This document shows, piece after piece, positions 1 to 12,398 of a DNA stretch of 64,000 nucleotides (the stretch's first letter is position 1; every line of letters starts with the position of its first letter). The stretch lies in assembly GCA_002269645.1 (NCBI GenBank), contig NIVC01003504.1, forward strand, positions 1 to 64,000, written 5' to 3'. Made by a program: the position numbers and the translations under genes. This stretch comes from Macrostomum lignano (lineage: Eukaryota). The notes under the pieces were generated by a model. That model was not told the DNA's origin, did not search any database, and saw nothing but the letters and a program-made list of their open reading frames with translations.

Positions 1-1766
1 AACGCTTTCCCCCTAACCCCATATCCCTAACCCCATAAAAATCAATTTAGGTACAATAAAAAAACGGATAAAAACTAAAAATATTATAACATAACGACAT
101 CGTCACAACGCCATGAAATCTGTTGGCCGCATGGTTCCTAATCTATGAAATAGCTCAGCTTAGGTAAATCTATCAACCATGATAAAACCGATGCAGCCAT
201 TGTGTTAAACTGACCTGATTTACAGCCTGGAATACAAGCTACCGTCCGGCGTAATGTTCTACACCTAGGACATATTCTATATTCTATTCTATATCCCAAC
301 CGTGAGTCGTGACCAATAGCAATTCTGAAGAAAGCTTCAAAGAATTTCGAGAGGAATCCACCATGCAGGTTCGATTTCAGCAATTGTGGCCAAGAAAGTG
401 TTGTGCCCGGGTGCACTTGCACCGATGAGCAATCTCTGGCTCTCGGTCAAGTGTGTCCGGCACTGCACTCCCACCCCTCCCGGCGCATGCATTCTGTCTG
501 CGCCAACCCCCCCCCAGCTGCACCCACCCCCGCTGTCTGTATGGGCCAGCCGGTTTTGGCTGGCTGCGGCCCGGTGCGCCCTCCCTTGCCCTGCGATTGG
601 CTGGCGGTCCAGCCAATCGGTTTGTGTTTTTCTCCTCCAATCGCGACCCCGGCTTTGTACGACCTTGTAAGACTTTTATAGACTCATAATTTTGGCTAGC
701 TGGGCCTGGGCCCAGGCCTTAACCAGCTAGCGCGAATATAAATATATGCAGGAGCGGCAATAAGGGAGGCATGGCTTGATGGCTTGGCTTTGAGTTGTGC
801 AAGACGCAATTACAACGCTAAACTTACTAAACTGAATTTACTCAGAAGTCAGGCTGTGCTTAAACGTTCGCCAGAAATTGACAGAAGCCACCCCTGCTGC
901 CGCCACGCGGTTACCCGAAGAAACAGAGTGAGTCGCGTGTCTTTCTTATCTGCATGAGAGACTGGCGGGAATTAATCCGTGCAATAGGGACGGGCTGATT
1001 AAGTCTCCTGATGCGATCCCCCGCAGAGTCCGAAGTCAGTCCGGCCAGTTGATTGACGCCATCTTCGGCTCGTTCAATGAGATAATCAGAGTCGCGATCC
1101 GGCCTGTAGCACAACAAAAGTGCTACTCGATGCTTTAACGAAAGGCCGCCGGCACAAAATTTGCGTGGTCTCTCGACCTGATCGGCCTGCTGAGCACAGT
1201 GGAGTTCTCGACGTACCGGTACCAGAGCCTGGCTGAGGGGCTGGCCTGCCACTGCGTCAGTGTGAACTCCTTCAACTGGCCCCAAAGCTTAGCCAGGCAG
1301 CAAATTGGCAAGCCTTGGGCCACATCAGCTTCGTGCAGCAGAGACATTTGCCCTGCAGTGCGACAGGAACGGCCGATTTCGGATTTGACTTCATCTGCCA
1401 ATGAATGCCATCTTCAGTGGGCCAATGAAAACCTGGCGAAGCTCAGTTGATTTAATTAATATGAGCTACAAGACTGAACTAATGGCGCATACATGATAAA
1501 TGATGAGCTCCTATTAGCATACATTATCAATCTGAATCATTATAAGATATTTTATAACTTTAACAGTTGTGACCGTGTGTTACATGTACATGTCAAGTAA
1601 CATTTTGCAATTGTACTTTTAATTTTCCACTCATTAAAACCTGGTTAGATATACTTGAAGTGTAGTTTTCAAAAGGTTGCTACTGTAATCGTCACTATAA
1701 TTAAGAGGTCTGTGTTGGCACTATCATATCTTTGATTGGCTTTGAAAACTTCAGTGACAGTCTCAA

Positions 1767-2897
1767 CCGACGTTTGCCAGCCGACGTTTGCCAGCCGACG
1801 TTTGCCAGCCGACGTTTGCCAGCCGACGTTTGCCATCCGACGTTTGCCTGCGAGACTTTTGCCAGCCGACGTTTGCCAGCCGACGTTGGCCAGCGGGACA
1901 TTTGCCAGCCGACGTTTGCCTGCGGGACGTTTGCCAGCCGACATTTGCCAGCCGACGTTTGCCTGCGAGACTTTTGCCAGCCGACGTTTGCCAGCCGACG
2001 TTTGCCAGCCGGACATTTGCAGGCGGCAATTGGTTAAAGAAGTCTGCCCTCTCTAGGCTTACATGTACTTGCATTTGAAAACTGTGGACACAGCACTAAT
2101 CTAATTCCAACTCGCTCCGTGCTACTGCTATTAAATATACAGGTTACTAACAAACTACTGTTCAGGCTTATTGAAGTTATTGCTCTTGTCTGCCTAAATA
2201 GGAAGGTAAAAATACAAAATAGGAGTTTCCATCGTTACATCCTTTACACCGTTACATAGACACAGTTGGTGTCTATGTATGCCATGGAATGGCCCTTTCC
2301 ATCTCAGTGGCCAAACAAGCTAAGTGTTTACAAGCTAAATGGGAAAAGACTGAGACATCCATAATGGTATTGGCCTAGTCTCGCCTATATATACTTAACT
2401 CAAAAGCCAAACTCTGCTTAACGGAGTTTGGCCATGACAGCGTGCACTTGACAAGCTGCATTGGAATTAATTCGCTTTTGGATCTCCCAATGAACTGGGA
2501 AATATATAAGCCAGAATTATCGTTCAGCAGTTCTTTTATTGGCTCAAAACTTCGCTCGCTGGAGATTCCCGTTTAAATTTGCGTGTCTTCATTTGCAAAT
2601 CAAAAATCAAACATCTCAAACTGGGAAAAGCGATACAAAACTGTCAGAAGTAAACTTTATAATATTTTCACATTCAAAGAAATTGTTGTTAAACTGGATG
2701 TTAGATTGATGAACTGCATAATTTGTATAGATTTTGTTTTCGAACTTTTATACATGCGAACAACCGTCAAAAATTTGGACTAAAAAAACTTTTTCAACCC
2801 GCTAAACTGCGAATATTTCAGTATCAAATTTTTCTCTCACTGACTTAATGTTGGCTGGCAAACGTCGGCTAGCAAACGTCCCGCAGGCAAACGTCGC
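1767..2897. mobile_element. Foldback/MITE-like element with inverted arms built from a 14-bp repeat
   Basis: Array of CCGACGTTTGCCAG at 1767-2021 and inverted copies at 2851-2897. The right arm mirrors 1910-1953 including the CCTGCGGG variant. Outer termini and TSD not resolved. Confidence 0.5.
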
Positions 2898-3743
2898 TAT
2901 CCCTATGGGCTTTGTATCGGTACGGTTTATTCTGTATCTCAGTACGATCCAGGAGGTTGTGATTGCGAATTGAAATAGAAAAATCCTGTCTACAACTTTA
3001 AATGGTTAGGCAGGGAAGCAAGAATGCAACCCAAAATTCATTTTTGCGATTATTCTTGAGCAAGGAAGGATGTTAAATCGACGACTGAAATGCACTTTTT
3101 GAAAATAAAACCAGCGCATATTTGACTTCTTTGTTTTCCATGAAATCGATCAGAACTCCTTAAAGTAAACTAAACTCGGTCTTCTAGCCTCGTTAGTGAA
3201 AAAAAGCAGGATAAAATTCATCCATAGATGATTATATATTGTGCCTATTTAATAATTCTATTGTAAATACGTATTTTGAGAAATTTAGTTACTAAATAAA
3301 ATCTAACCAATTTTTTAAGATTGTAGAGTTGCACAGCTTTCCATTGTATCCCTGACAGTACTGTTTAATCAACAAATAAAAAAGTTTTTTTTCTGGTAAT
3401 TTTAAGTTTTTATATATAACAGTTAGATAGTATCTATTAGTTAAATAGTTAGATTGATAATTTATTTTACACCATTTCAATTACACTACACTTTATATTT
3501 TACCTTCAGTTTGTTAATTTGTCTTTTTTATCTTCAATGAGATTTCTTAGCCCTATTATCAATAAAGTCTTGAGTCAATACTCCACTGCAGTCTAATATA
3601 CGCTAAGCCTATATAAAGTAAAATTGTCCAGCTGTCGTTATTGTTATTATTTACCACCTTCTAGTGCAAAAGTGATATTCGGGCAAAGTGGCTCGCTTAA
3701 TAAAGATAAGATAAATAAAAGTAAGAATCAACATAAATTGTAA

Positions 3744-3785
3744 TAAAAAGTGATAAAAAGTGATAAAAAGTGATAAAAAGTGATA
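3744..3785. repeat. 10-bp tandem repeat TAAAAAGTGA x4
   Basis: Direct reading. Confidence 0.85.
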
Positions 3786-4855
3786 TATTCATGATCTTTA
3801 AGAAATACTTTTGCTGCCAAGTACAAAAAATAAAAGACTTTAGGTAGCTAGCTATAGATCATAATGACTCTACATTGACTGAGTAGGAATGTGCTATCAA
3901 TTTTCTGGTTTATTATCTAGATCGCATGTTAAAAGGTGATATAATTTATTATCTATTGTTGAAGAGCAAAAGGTTCAAATGTTTTGTAGACTTTCCTATA
4001 ACCATGGACTTTTGTTTGGACTTTTGGACTTATATTTGTCAATCTGGGTTTAAACACACTAATAACAAAACTTTTTCTCCTAGTTTTCCTACTCTATATG
4101 CTTTCTCAGTTGTTTCTTCTTAGAAAATTAAAACTTCTCATTTTGATTTAACATTTCAAGAATTCCTTACTACTGTTAGTAGCAAATCATGCTGGTTTTA
4201 TGCCTGGTTTTCTTACTAAATAATTATAATTCATTTAGTTAACTATTTTTTTCTGCAATAATTATAATATTGATTTGTCACAAAGTTTTTTTTAAATCTA
4301 GTTTCGACGTGCTAATAGAGTTTTACAACTTATAACTGTACCTTGGCTTTGGATGAGAGCCAAGTCAGGACTAATGTAGTGCGCGCTTTTTACTGCATTA
4401 CCCATGCAGGCTGCATCCACCTGCAATTGATGAGCCATACGCTCTTGTGTCCGTGCTTTCTCTACGCCTGCAGATCCACAGCTTTGACCGTCGGGGTTTA
4501 CCAAGAGGCAGAGCAGGGCGGCGGCGGCGGCGGGAGTGGGCTGAGACGGGGATGCAAATAAGGAGTCCCACTTCAGAGCTGTACAGTTTATTCTCACCTT
4601 TTGAGGGGGAAAGCCAAGCCGCCATTGCACGGGCGGATACGGAGAGAAATGAAGGGGGGCAGGAGATGCCCTGGAATCGTTGACCAGAGCTGGCTGCAGG
4701 GTGAGCAGCTGCGCCCCGCAGAGCAGGAGCAGCTTAGGCTAGCAGGCTTAACACCTCGGCCAGTAGAAATGCATGCATTAGCACGTGTAACAATGATTGA
4801 TTGCTAGGTTAAAAATCAATGAGCTAATGCGTTTTTGGAACTAAGCTGAAAGGCG

Positions 4856-4890
4856 TGAGAGAGAGAGCGAGAGAGAGAGAGAGAGAGAGA
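4856..4890. repeat. (GA)n microsatellite
   Basis: Direct reading. Confidence 0.9.
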
Positions 4891-5130
4891 GTCGACTTGA
4901 AACACAATTTGACGCAAAACGCAGCGCACTTTGTTTATTTCAATATTTGTACATGGAAAGCTGATAGAGCATTAGTCAGATTAGAGTGTCCAGTCAAATA
5001 CAGTGAATATGCGCTAATAAGCCAGGCTGTCCCAGTGCTTCTATTTGATCAAACTCTGGCTTTGCAACGCGGTTAGTCTGTTTGGCTGCACCTTGGTACA
5101 TTCAATTTCTATCCAGTTAGTGTTGACTGA

Positions 5131-6834
5131 TTAATCAAGGAAGATGCTGCAGAGCACGTCAACAAGTTCGCCGTTGACATCCTGCGAGCACCAGTCCTCG
5201 ACCGATTTAGTCTCGAATACGAAGCCTTTTCTAGCTGGCTGGTAGAAGTAGCACAGACTGCCGCACACCCGCAGCAGATAGGAGCCGGCGAAGTTTACCT
5301 GCACTGATTCGTCTGACAGGTGAAAGACATGATAGGTACCACCGCAGTGCTTTGACCAGCTGCGCAGGTAGTGTACAGTTCCGGTGCCTTGGCTCACCCA
5401 GCTGACCTGCTCCCGCATCAGGTTGCTGCTGGGCACATCCTGGAACTCCTCGGTCAAGTCTTGGGCCAGAGGCTCGTAGAATCTGCTGACTGAACCACTC
5501 GAAGTCCGCGTCAGCTCCACTGGCATCTCGGTGGACCGTTTGGCTGAATTGTCTTCGTTGCAGACCTGTCCGCTGACATAGTAAGCCTGGCCAGTGCCCG
5601 TGTTCTGAAGGAAGCTGGTTGCGTCATTATACAAGACACAGTTGTAGCCATCAGACAGCTGATAGTAGAAGCCGCAAGTGGAGGTCTTGTCGCGCCACCA
5701 GGTGAGCCAAGATTGGCCAAAGTCAGTCGCCAGCTTGCCCCACGCTGGTGCCGTCCGAAAATAGCGCAGCAAGGCCGATATCCTTGCTAGACGGAGGTCG
5801 ATCACAGTGGTGGCACTGGTGGAAGCAACCGAGTCAATTTTGAACCGTTTCCTGCCGTTACTGTTGCTGACCGTTGCATCAGTCGCTACCGTTTTTCCCT
5901 TACCGTTTAAAACGCATGTGAGACTCTTTGGAAATAATCGGGTGCTCGCTGCATATCTCAGGTGCACACAGCCGACTGAGTCCTTGGCATCGCTGATCAG
6001 CCGACTCTCATACTGCTGGCTGTAGCTGCAGAACTGGTGCCGCTCAATCTCGTCAAGTTCCGGCCGCTCCTCCGGGTCTAGGTGCAACATTCGAGCCACC
6101 AGGTCCCGCAGATGTTCGTCTGTGTGGTGTCGAGTGAACTCGTAGCTACCTGTCACGATGCACCGGTAAATATCGGCAAGCTCGTCCATCTGGAACGGTG
6201 GCAGTCCGCCAAACAGTGTGTATAGCACCACGCCACAGGACCAGATGTCGCTCTTGGTTGTGTGACCTTGACGCAGTAGCACCTCTGGGCTGAGGTAGTT
6301 GGGCGTGCCACAGGCCAAGTGCCGCTCCAGATAGCTTCTAGTAATTGTGCACGACAAGCCGAAGTCTGTAATCTTTATAACATCATTTACGTCTACCAGG
6401 ATGTTGCTTAGTTTGAGATCGCGGTGTAGGATGTTGCAACTGTGCAGGTAACGCAGGCCGGTAATTAACTGGGTGAAGTAGTAGGCAGCCAGGTCTAACG
6501 ACAGGCAGGTTAGGTGGACAATCATATCAGCCAGAGACTTTTTGTTGCAGTATTCCAGCACAAAGTATATGAAGTCGTCGTAAACAAAGTTGGCGTACAA
6601 TTCGACCACGTTGCGATGCCTTAGCCGACTGTGGATGTCGACCTCGTACTGCAGGTAGGGCTCTTTTGAGGCCTGCTGGATCATGCGCAAGCTGATCTTC
6701 TTCACTGCCACTACCCTCTCAGCGCTGTCACCGGGCGGTCTCTCAATCGCCTTGTAGCAGACGCCGAATCCACCCTTGCCCAGGCAGGGGCCGATGTCGT
6801 AAGCAATGTCTTCCCGGTGCACTGTAGTCGTCAT
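5131..6834 (-). CDS. Polo-like Ser/Thr kinase, 567 aa, intronless, divergent PLK1-3 type
   Basis: Single ORF, ATG at 6834 to TAA. Kinase motifs GKGGFGVC, VAVKK, HRDLKLSN, DFG, CGTPNYLSPE, DIWSCG. Polo-box 1-like WLTWWRDKTSTCGFYYQLSDG..VLYND and polo-box 2-like YLRSW...FHLSDESVQVNF. Confidence 0.95.
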   Translation of the reverse strand: MTTTVHREDIAYDIGPCLGKGGFGVCYKAIERPPGDSAERVVAVKKISLRMIQQASKEPYLQYEVDIHSRLRHRNVVELYANFVYDDFIYFVLEYCNKKSLADMIVHLTCLSLDLAAYYFTQLITGLRYLHSCNILHRDLKLSNILVDVNDVIKITDFGLSCTITRSYLERHLACGTPNYLSPEVLLRQGHTTKSDIWSCGVVLYTLFGGLPPFQMDELADIYRCIVTGSYEFTRHHTDEHLRDLVARMLHLDPEERPELDEIERHQFCSYSQQYESRLISDAKDSVGCVHLRYAASTRLFPKSLTCVLNGKGKTVATDATVSNSNGRKRFKIDSVASTSATTVIDLRLARISALLRYFRTAPAWGKLATDFGQSWLTWWRDKTSTCGFYYQLSDGYNCVLYNDATSFLQNTGTGQAYYVSGQVCNEDNSAKRSTEMPVELTRTSSGSVSRFYEPLAQDLTEEFQDVPSSNLMREQVSWVSQGTGTVHYLRSWSKHCGGTYHVFHLSDESVQVNFAGSYLLRVCGSLCYFYQPARKGFVFETKSVEDWCSQDVNGELVDVLCSIFLD

Positions 6835-9800
6835 TGCGCTGATCTCATTGTTTTGCCGGGGCGCCGCCGTTAGGGTGAATCTCCGTCACCCCTGCCCGTG
6901 TTTTTTTCTGCAAACCTATCCCTCTCCCTTTTACGCGTCCTCTAACGATACAAGACCGGCGCTGCAGAAGCAGGTTGAAAGGAAGAGTAGCTGAATTGCG
7001 TGAGGCAGGGCCGCAAAATATAGGCCAGTTAGGCAAGCCGTACATTCATCTCCGCGCTGCTCTGGCTGGGGTGGTTAGTAGAGCGGCGAGGAAACTCCAT
7101 TGGCTGCACGGTTGAGCCATGGTCTCCCTCATAATTCTTCCTTTCTCTTTTTAACCTCTCTCTCCTTTACTTTCCTTCTTGTCCGTATAGAATTTCTTCC
7201 TCTCTCTTCCCCTACTTTCGTCTTCAACCTCAGAAGCTTCCTTCGCTCTTCTATTTTTCCACGTGTCAACTGCACTGCAGCAGCAGCTCCATTAGATTTC
7301 CCCATTCTCCGATGGGACAGGCGGGATCTCTACTGACGTAGATATGTGCGTAAATATGTAGTTGCGGTAGCCGCAAACCGCCCCTTCTTGCCGCCACTCG
7401 CGTGTCCTCTCTTTAAGTTCTTCATCCCAGCGGGTCTCTTGTTGAAGCTGAAGAAGAACGGGAGCGGGAGCGGGTAGGGGGGGAATGGGGAACCAGAGCT
7501 TGTCCAAGGGTTCTTTGCTGCCTGTGGCGGCGCCATCTAGCAGTCTATTAAACCCGATCCGGTCCCGCAGGCTTATCTCCCTCGTTTGTCCTCCCTCGTC
7601 CCCTCGGCTCCCGGGCCTGCAGGCCAAATCGGCTGACACGAAGATCCTGACTGACGCGGCTCCATAGGCCCGAGTCTCTCGCTTAACCTCTCTACCCGAT
7701 TTGGCCCACGTCCGTTCAAAGGCAATTGCTTTCACTCTCTCGCTGACACCACCAGCTAGGGGAGCCCCAGCTCTCTGCCACAGCTGGCCGAGTGTTCAGT
7801 ACGCCTGCAGTGGCCGGGCGGGCGAACGAGGCAAGTGTGCCGGGATTATGGCAGTTGTTTGGATAAAAATCGCTTCACTCAGCAGTATTTTTGTCCTCAG
7901 AGATTAGCCCATCAAATATTTTTTACCCCCGGTCATGGGACTTCCCGCTTCATCAATTTTTATCTCCTAGATTTTATTTTCGCTTTTCTTTCGGGCTACC
8001 GATGCGATGGCGAATCCTTCCAGCCTTTTTTATTTGCTTCCGTTTTACCATTTTCCCTTTCTCCCTCTCTCTCGCTCGCCCACTCGCACTTTTTCCCAGC
8101 CGGCCAGGGTTCTCTGCTGTTCAGTCTACACGCGCCTTATCTGCCGCGATCCGTCGGGGGTCGGGAGGATTATCGAATGCAGGATTCGGGTCGCTGCTCT
8201 GGAATCCAATCCGTCCGCAAACCCTGCGTGGAAATCTCCCATTTACTCGCAGCGTCTTGCTGACTGCTAAGTCGGCAGCCACTTTAACAGGGCCAGTCAG
8301 TGACAGTCGCAGATACGTAAATTTTTTTGCGCATCAGATGGGAGCAGCGCAGTGGGCGTGGCTCTCTGCAATCGTGCTGTAGCGGCGACCGAATCGATGC
8401 GAGATGCGCGGCGAAACCGGCTGCGCTTCTTTTTTGTTGGCTGTGCACGAATTGTCCGACTTTCTGCGCTGCTCCCGTGCTGCCCGAGGGGTGGGAAAAC
8501 GGGATAAATCGATCCTTGTGCATAGCGCCTGGTGAGGACAGACGTCAGAGCTCAAAGAGAGGCTTCTCTATCGGTTGCCCGGCCTGTGTGTCTCAAGCAT
8601 CCGCATGCAGCGTTTCTGGTCAATGCTTTGCCTTGTACTCACGCGAGGGCAACGTCATGCAGCTCAACTCTGAGGCAGGAAATTTGCTAGGTAGTAGGAT
8701 GTGATGCTTCTGGGAGTGGCTGCCCACACAGTCTGCACTAATGTTCCACGAGCGCGCAGGCTAAGGTCGGGGGGGGGGATCTGAGGAAGGCGTCGAACTA
8801 TTTTCGACAGAAACCAGATCTGCCCCTTCGTCTCCTTCTATCTAGGCGCACGATTCCTGGTTTTTCCCTACCCGCAGAAGCCACATGGTGAAGAGTCTGG
8901 TCCGCATAAATAATAAATAATAGTTTGTTTACAATCCCGCCTCTCTCTGTCTCTCTCTCGATGGCGGCAGGCGGAGCGAGGGGGGAGGAGGCTGGGGACT
9001 GGGGGGCAGGCGGAGCTGCACGGGAAGAGTTAAGAGAGCGTAAGGCAGTAGCGGCGGGGTTAAGGGGAATGAGTGTATTGATTGATGGATTAAATTGATT
9101 TTGTTTATTACGTTTTCGCCCACGTGTCCCGGCGCGGTTTTGCAAAGCTTTCCGGGAATCCAAGTTTTCCCTGGGACTCTGCTGACCACCGGGTGTTCAA
9201 ATAGAAGTGGCTTATCCTTGTTGAATTTTATTCCAGTGGGCTACCGCTTTGTTACAAAAGTGCTGCCTGAACTCGAATTGGTGAATGTGCAGGACAGACT
9301 TTCTGGCAAAACGCGGCCGCATGTAAGAGATGCAAATTTCCTGCTGAATTTCTAGTTCGTTACCGCGTGTCTTCTGTCAGAGGCGAAGATGCAGCTGCAG
9401 AAATGAAAGGGGGATTCTCGTCGAATTTCGAACCGGATGCAGCTGTCATCGCTGAGTCTGGCCCTACTCTTGCATTTTTTACTAGGGCTCTGCTGCTAGT
9501 GCGCACTTCGATGCGGGATGCTGAGATGCCGTCTCTCGTCTGCTGACATTGTCAGAGAAAATTAGAAAGAAAAAATTATCATTGGCAGGCAGGAGAGCAG
9601 TCAGATCAGGGCAGTCTCACGGCCGGCAGTTCGCACCGATTCTTTCCGGTTGTTCGGGGGTTCTTGAAACTGGAGAAGAAGAGCCTTCGTGTTAAAAAAT
9701 CGTGCCTCACAGGGCGAGACGGGAATGGGGAGCTTGCTGCCTGAGCTGCTCTGGGAGCTGTTCCGGGTGGGAACTCTGGCATGTGCTCAACAGGCTTAGC

Positions 9801-10794
9801 AGGGAAAGCGAAAAATTCGCCCCGAGATTTACTAAGCCAGAATTTTTCTTTCCTTTTGTCGCCTCGACAGTTTCTTTCATTTTTCATTTTTTCTCCTCGG
9901 GTTCGGAGAGAGGTAGCGCTGCACCTCAGCCGAGTTGCTCAGACGCAAACACCGAGCTCAATGGAGCTGAAAGATAGCGAGTGAAAGCGACTCCAAGTCT
10001 GTCGTCCCAGCCTCCTCTCCATCGCTGAAGCGAGGAGAAGCTGCGCCGACCAATCTGCCGGGGTTCCCCAGGGGGAAGGAGAAAGGGATGAGGAGGAGAA
10101 GGGGAGCAGCAAGCGCTGTAGAGGCCTTAGGCCCTAGGAGAGGGGATTAAAAGGGAAAAGGGGGGCACAGGAGGAAGCCGTGTAGTTAAGGAGAATATCG
10201 AAGACCATCGATGGGGTCTGTGGCACTTTGTGGCATTCTGCGGCATAGGGGGATGGAGATCAATTAGGCAAGTTATGCTGATGGCACAGATAGCCGGTCA
10301 AGGACGCGGGGACGAGAGCAAGGCAGGGGGAGAGAGAGGGAGCAGTGCCAAAGTTTAAATGCATTCGGGCCCCGCTTTGCCCAGTCTCCCCAGCCGATTG
10401 AATGGCTGGCTGGTTTCAGCTTGCGGCTGTGAAATCTGATCCGGGCATGCGGCAGCTCATCAGTGCCCTGCTTTGCCGGTATGATAATCGATTCAAGCCA
10501 GCTCAACCTGGGCTTAATGCTAGCAGCATACTGCTTTGGCTTCTATTGACTGGCTTGAATTCTTTTAGAGCCGAGCAGCCCCGACTCCAACCGAGACTGG
10601 CATCCTGCCACAAGTGCACATATATATTCCCTCTCCCGAGAGCATATTATGACTTTCAGTGTTTAATTTTGTTTTAATTTACTACTGCTATTCTACTATG
10701 AGTAGCGACAATCGAATATGCTAGTTTTAATTCAAAGCATTAACGATTATTTCCTATTTTTACACGTGTCGATGGCTATGGATTCAAAGCTGTT

Positions 10795-11075
10795 CCAGAT
10801 CCTCAGACTGAGCCGACACCCTCCCAGATCCTCAGACTGAGCCGACACCCTCCCAGATCTTCAGACTGAGCCGACACCCTCCCAGATCCTCAGACTGAGC
10901 CGACACCCTCCCAGATCCTCAGACTGAGCCGACACCCTCCCAGATCTTCAGACTGAGCCGACACCCTCCCAGATCCTCAGACTGAGCCGACACCCTCCCA
11001 GATCCTCAGACTGAGCCGACACCCTCCCAGATCCTCAGACTGAGCCGACACCCTCCCAGATCTTCAGACTGAGCC
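10795..11075. repeat. 29-bp minisatellite CCAGATCCTCAGACTGAGCCGACACCCTC, ~9.5 copies
   Basis: Period 29 (10796, 10825...); abuts the SINE head. Confidence 0.95.
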
Positions 11076-11079
11076 TGTA

Positions 11080-11373
11080 GCCGGGTTGCAGCCTAGTGGT
11101 CAGAGCGTCGAAGTCACGACTGAAAGGTCGGGGGTTCGATTCTCGAGCTACCCGGAACAATTTGTGTCCTAGAGCAAGACACTTGCTTCAGTTCACCCAG
11201 CTGTAAAATAGGTGCCAGCATTAGCTGGGGTAATTGAGGGTGTGTGTAGCGACCCTCCAGTCCTTGGACTGAACAGCCGTACGCAGCCTTCAGATTCGCC
11301 GCGCAATAGCTGCGGCTGACCTGCCCATTAGGACAGGTGTAATCAATTATTGTTATTGTTATTACTATTATTA
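11080..11373 (+). mobile_element. tRNA-derived SINE with CORE-like central domain
   Basis: Pol III box A-like GCCTAGTGGT (11091-11100), box B GGTTCGATTC (11133-11142), central TGTGTCCTAGAGCAAGACACTT...CAGTTCACCCAGCTGTAAAATAGG similar to the MIR CORE consensus, (TTA/TTG)n tail. No TSD seen. Confidence 0.8.
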
Positions 11374-11381
11374 TATGTTAG

Positions 11382-11990
11382 AAATTGAGCGCCAAAGCGG
11401 ATAAAATCCGTGCATTCCAGTCGAGCCCGGAAGAAGAGGTTGCGGCTGTGCGCGCCATATTCCCGGACTTGCTGGCTGCGGACCCGGACGCGGATGCGGA
11501 CTCTGCCACGACCGGCCGCGCCGTTTGCAGTAGCCGATCGCTCCGCCTGGCTGTCTTCTTGCGGCGGCGTCGTCTGCGGTGCTGCGCCGAACTGGACGCT
11601 GGCGCGCCGGGCTACCCGGACTCGGCCGGGCCGGGGATTCGCGTCCGCTTCGAATCGCTCGACCTCTCCGACCGAGATTGCTCAACGAAGCAGCTTGAGG
11701 AGCTGGTGACAAGTTCGCTAGCTGCGTCGGCAGAATCTTTGGCTGGCGCGCCGGCCGCCCGCGTGGCAGAATTCCTTCGACGACTGCGCACTGAGCGCGT
11801 CGACAACGACTCGCGCGGGCGTCCATGTCGGGAGCGCCTGATGTCGGTGCTGCACGACGAGAGCGCCGGTCGGCGGGACGCATCTGACGCCAGCGGATTC
11901 AAGACTCTGACCTGCTGCCAGCCGGACTCTGTGCGAGTGGAGATGACTCAGCACGGCTGCGCTGACTGGCTGCCCTCTGTTCTGCACTGA
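11382..11990 (+). CDS. Exon encoding an RWD-like domain; gene structure incomplete
   Basis: Acceptor tgttag at 11381, then an open GC-rich frame KLSAKADK... EEEVAAVRAIFPD matches the RWD N-terminal helix pattern and PGYPD the RWD YP motif. No clear donor before TGA at 11988-11990. Confidence 0.55.
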   Translation, partial: KLSAKADKIRAFQSSPEEEVAAVRAIFPDLLAADPDADADSATTGRAVCSSRSLRLAVFLRRRRLRCCAELDAGAPGYPDSAGPGIRVRFESLDLSDRDCSTKQLEELVTSSLAASAESLAGAPAARVAEFLRRLRTERVDNDSRGRPCRERLMSVLHDESAGRRDASDASGFKTLTCCQPDSVRVEMTQHGCADWLPSVLH

Positions 11991-12398
11991 GAGCCTGTTG
12001 TCTGCACTGAGAGCCTGTTATCTGCACTGAGAGCCTGTTGTCTGCACTGAGAGCCTGTTGTCTGCACTGAGAGCCTGTTGTCTGCACTGAGAGCCTGTTG
12101 TCTGCAACTGAGACCCTGTTGTCTGCACTGAGACCCTGTTGTCTGCAACTGAGACCCTGTTGTCTGCAACTGAGAGCCTGTTGTCTGCACTGAGAGCCTG
12201 TTGTCTGCACTGAGAGCCTGTTGTCTGCACTGAGAGCCTGTTGTCTGCACTGAGAGCCTGTTGTCTGCACTGAGAGCCTGTTGTCTGCACTGAGAGCCTG
12301 TTGTCTGCACTGAGAGCCTGTTGTCTGCAACTGAGACCCTGTTGTCTGCAACTGAGAGCCTGTTGTCTGCAACTGAGAGCCTGTTGTCTGCACTGAGA
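11981..12398. repeat. 20/21-bp minisatellite TCTGCACTGAGAGCCTGTTG
   Basis: About 20 copies; starts at the end of the RWD-like ORF. Confidence 0.95.

Noticed and set aside
10-34. CCCTAACCCC twice (telomere-like)
   Set aside because: Two isolated copies only; not an array.
138-422. THAP-like CIPGCKS motif
   Set aside because: The downstream FP, W and CxxHF residues are absent.
2281-2500. LINE RT-like fragment (YKLNGKRL)
   Set aside because: Too short and disrupted to call without a search.
7100-10700. Assorted 60-160 aa ORFs
   Set aside because: No recognisable domain or consistent exon chain.
10795-11075. CRISPR-like 29-bp repeat with internal palindrome CTCAG-A-CTGAG
   Set aside because: Units are contiguous with no spacers, there are no cas genes, and the context is eukaryotic.
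11080-11156. Functional tRNA gene
   Set aside because: Arms pair poorly, there is no oligo-T terminator, and it continues into a SINE body and tail.
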